DNA of 63,828 nt, counting the filler, from Octopus bimaculoides (lineage: Eukaryota): assembly GCF_001194135.2 (NCBI RefSeq). It is 5 parts of 5 records of this genome, joined end to end, with 100 filler letters (N's around TTAATTAATTAA, not from the genome) between each part and the next. Parts side by side here need not be neighbours in the genome. Positions count along the whole stretch, not along the records: positions 60,519 to 63,828 come from NW_026362476.1; 4 more parts are not named here. One strand, 5' to 3'. Below, piece by piece: positions 62,630 to 63,828 of this stretch; position 1 is the first letter of the stretch; every line of letters starts with the position of its first letter. Below the pieces are notes generated by a model. The model saw only the letters and a program-made list of their open reading frames with translations, did not search any database and was not told the DNA's origin. Made by a program: the position numbers and the translations under genes.

Positions 62630-63828
62630 NNNNNNNNNNNNNNNNNNNNNNNNNNNNNNNNNNNNNNNNNNNNNNNNNNNNNNNNNNNNNNNNNNNNNNN
62701 NNNNNNNNNNNNNNNNNNNNNNNNNNNNNNNNNNNNNNNNNNNNNNNNNNNNNNNNNNNNNNNNNNNNNNNNNNNNNNNNNNNNNNNNNNNNNNNNNNNN
62801 NNNNNNNNNNNNNNNNNNNNNNNNNNNNNNNNNNNNNNNNNNNNNNNNNNNNNNNNNNNNNNNNNNNNNNNNNNNNNNNNNNNNNNNNNNNNNNNNNNNN
62901 NNNNNNNNNNNNNNNNNNNNNNNNNNNNNNNNNNNNNNNNNNNNNNNNNNNNNNNNNNNNNNNNNNNNNNNNNNNNNNNNNNNNNNNNNNNNNNNNNNNN
63001 NNNNNNNNNNNNNNNNNNNNNNNNNNNNNNNNNNNNNNNNNNNNNNNNNNNNNNNNNNNNNNNNNNNNNNNNNNNNNNNNNNNNNNNNNNNNNNNNNNNN
63101 NNNNNNNNNNNNNNNNNNNNNNNNNNNNNNNNNNNNNNNNNNNNNNNNNNNNNNNNNNNNNNNNNNNNNNNNNNNNNNNNNNNNNNNNNNNNNNNNNNNN
63201 NNNNNNNNNNNNNNNNNNNNNNNNNNNNNNNNNNNNNNNNNNNNNNNNNNNNNNNNNNNNNNNNNNNNNNNNNNNNNNNNNNNNNNNNNNNNNNNNNNNN
63301 NNNNNNNNNNNNNNNNNNNNNNNNNNNNNNNNNNNNNNNNNNNNNNNNNNNNNNNNNNNNNNNNNNNNNNNNNNNNNNNNNNNNNNNNNNNNNNNNNNNN
63401 NNNNNNNNNNNNNNNNNNNNNNNNNNNNNNNNNNNNNNNNNNNNNNNNNNNNNNNNNNNNNNNNNNNNATATGTAAATATAAATGTATGTATATGTATAT
63501 ACATACATACATAACTGCGCACGTACGTGCCAGCACACATACACGCCTACCTACTAACTTACATACATACATACTTGCATATATGCATACATGCATACAT
63601 GCTTACATAGTTACGTACAAACACACGCGCGTTTAGAGATATCTGTATATGTATACATACACACGTATATGTATGTTTGTGATTTATATGTGTGTGCATG
63701 TGTATCTAGAAATGTATATAGTGTTGTATACAGGAGATGTGGGTCCGAGTCTGACAGGCGTCCTTCAACTTTGTACGAATGTATGTATGTATGTATGCAT
63801 GCATGTATATATATATATATATATATAT

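Overview
This is animal genomic DNA from a short-read draft scaffold, with about 8.8 kb (~14%) N and four artificial 44N-TTAATTAATTAA-44N linkers. The SINE types and very high microsatellite load resemble an Octopus genome (my recollection, not a database result). I cannot support any host protein-coding exon, tRNA or rRNA, and nearly all ORF-track entries are microsatellite or N artefacts. The window looks intronic or intergenic. It is filled with microsatellites, at least four tRNA-derived SINE types (called A, B1, B2, C here) and decayed transposon remnants: R4/Dong, RTE-like, Penelope-like, mariner and hAT. The top finding is a complete minimal type I hammerhead ribozyme fold on the minus strand at 50201-50251. 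Its core carries the compensatory C3G/G8C swap. It sits in a 91-bp-arm inverted repeat whose second arm begins exactly at the predicted cleavage site. Other observations: a second Penelope-like foldback with hammerhead 3' halves, a nest of retroposons on (TAA)n tracts, a possible presence/absence SINE polymorphism split across a gap, a foldback mariner, and recurrent template-switch rearrangements and module swapping in the SINEs. Family labels are mine and element boundaries are approximate unless stated.
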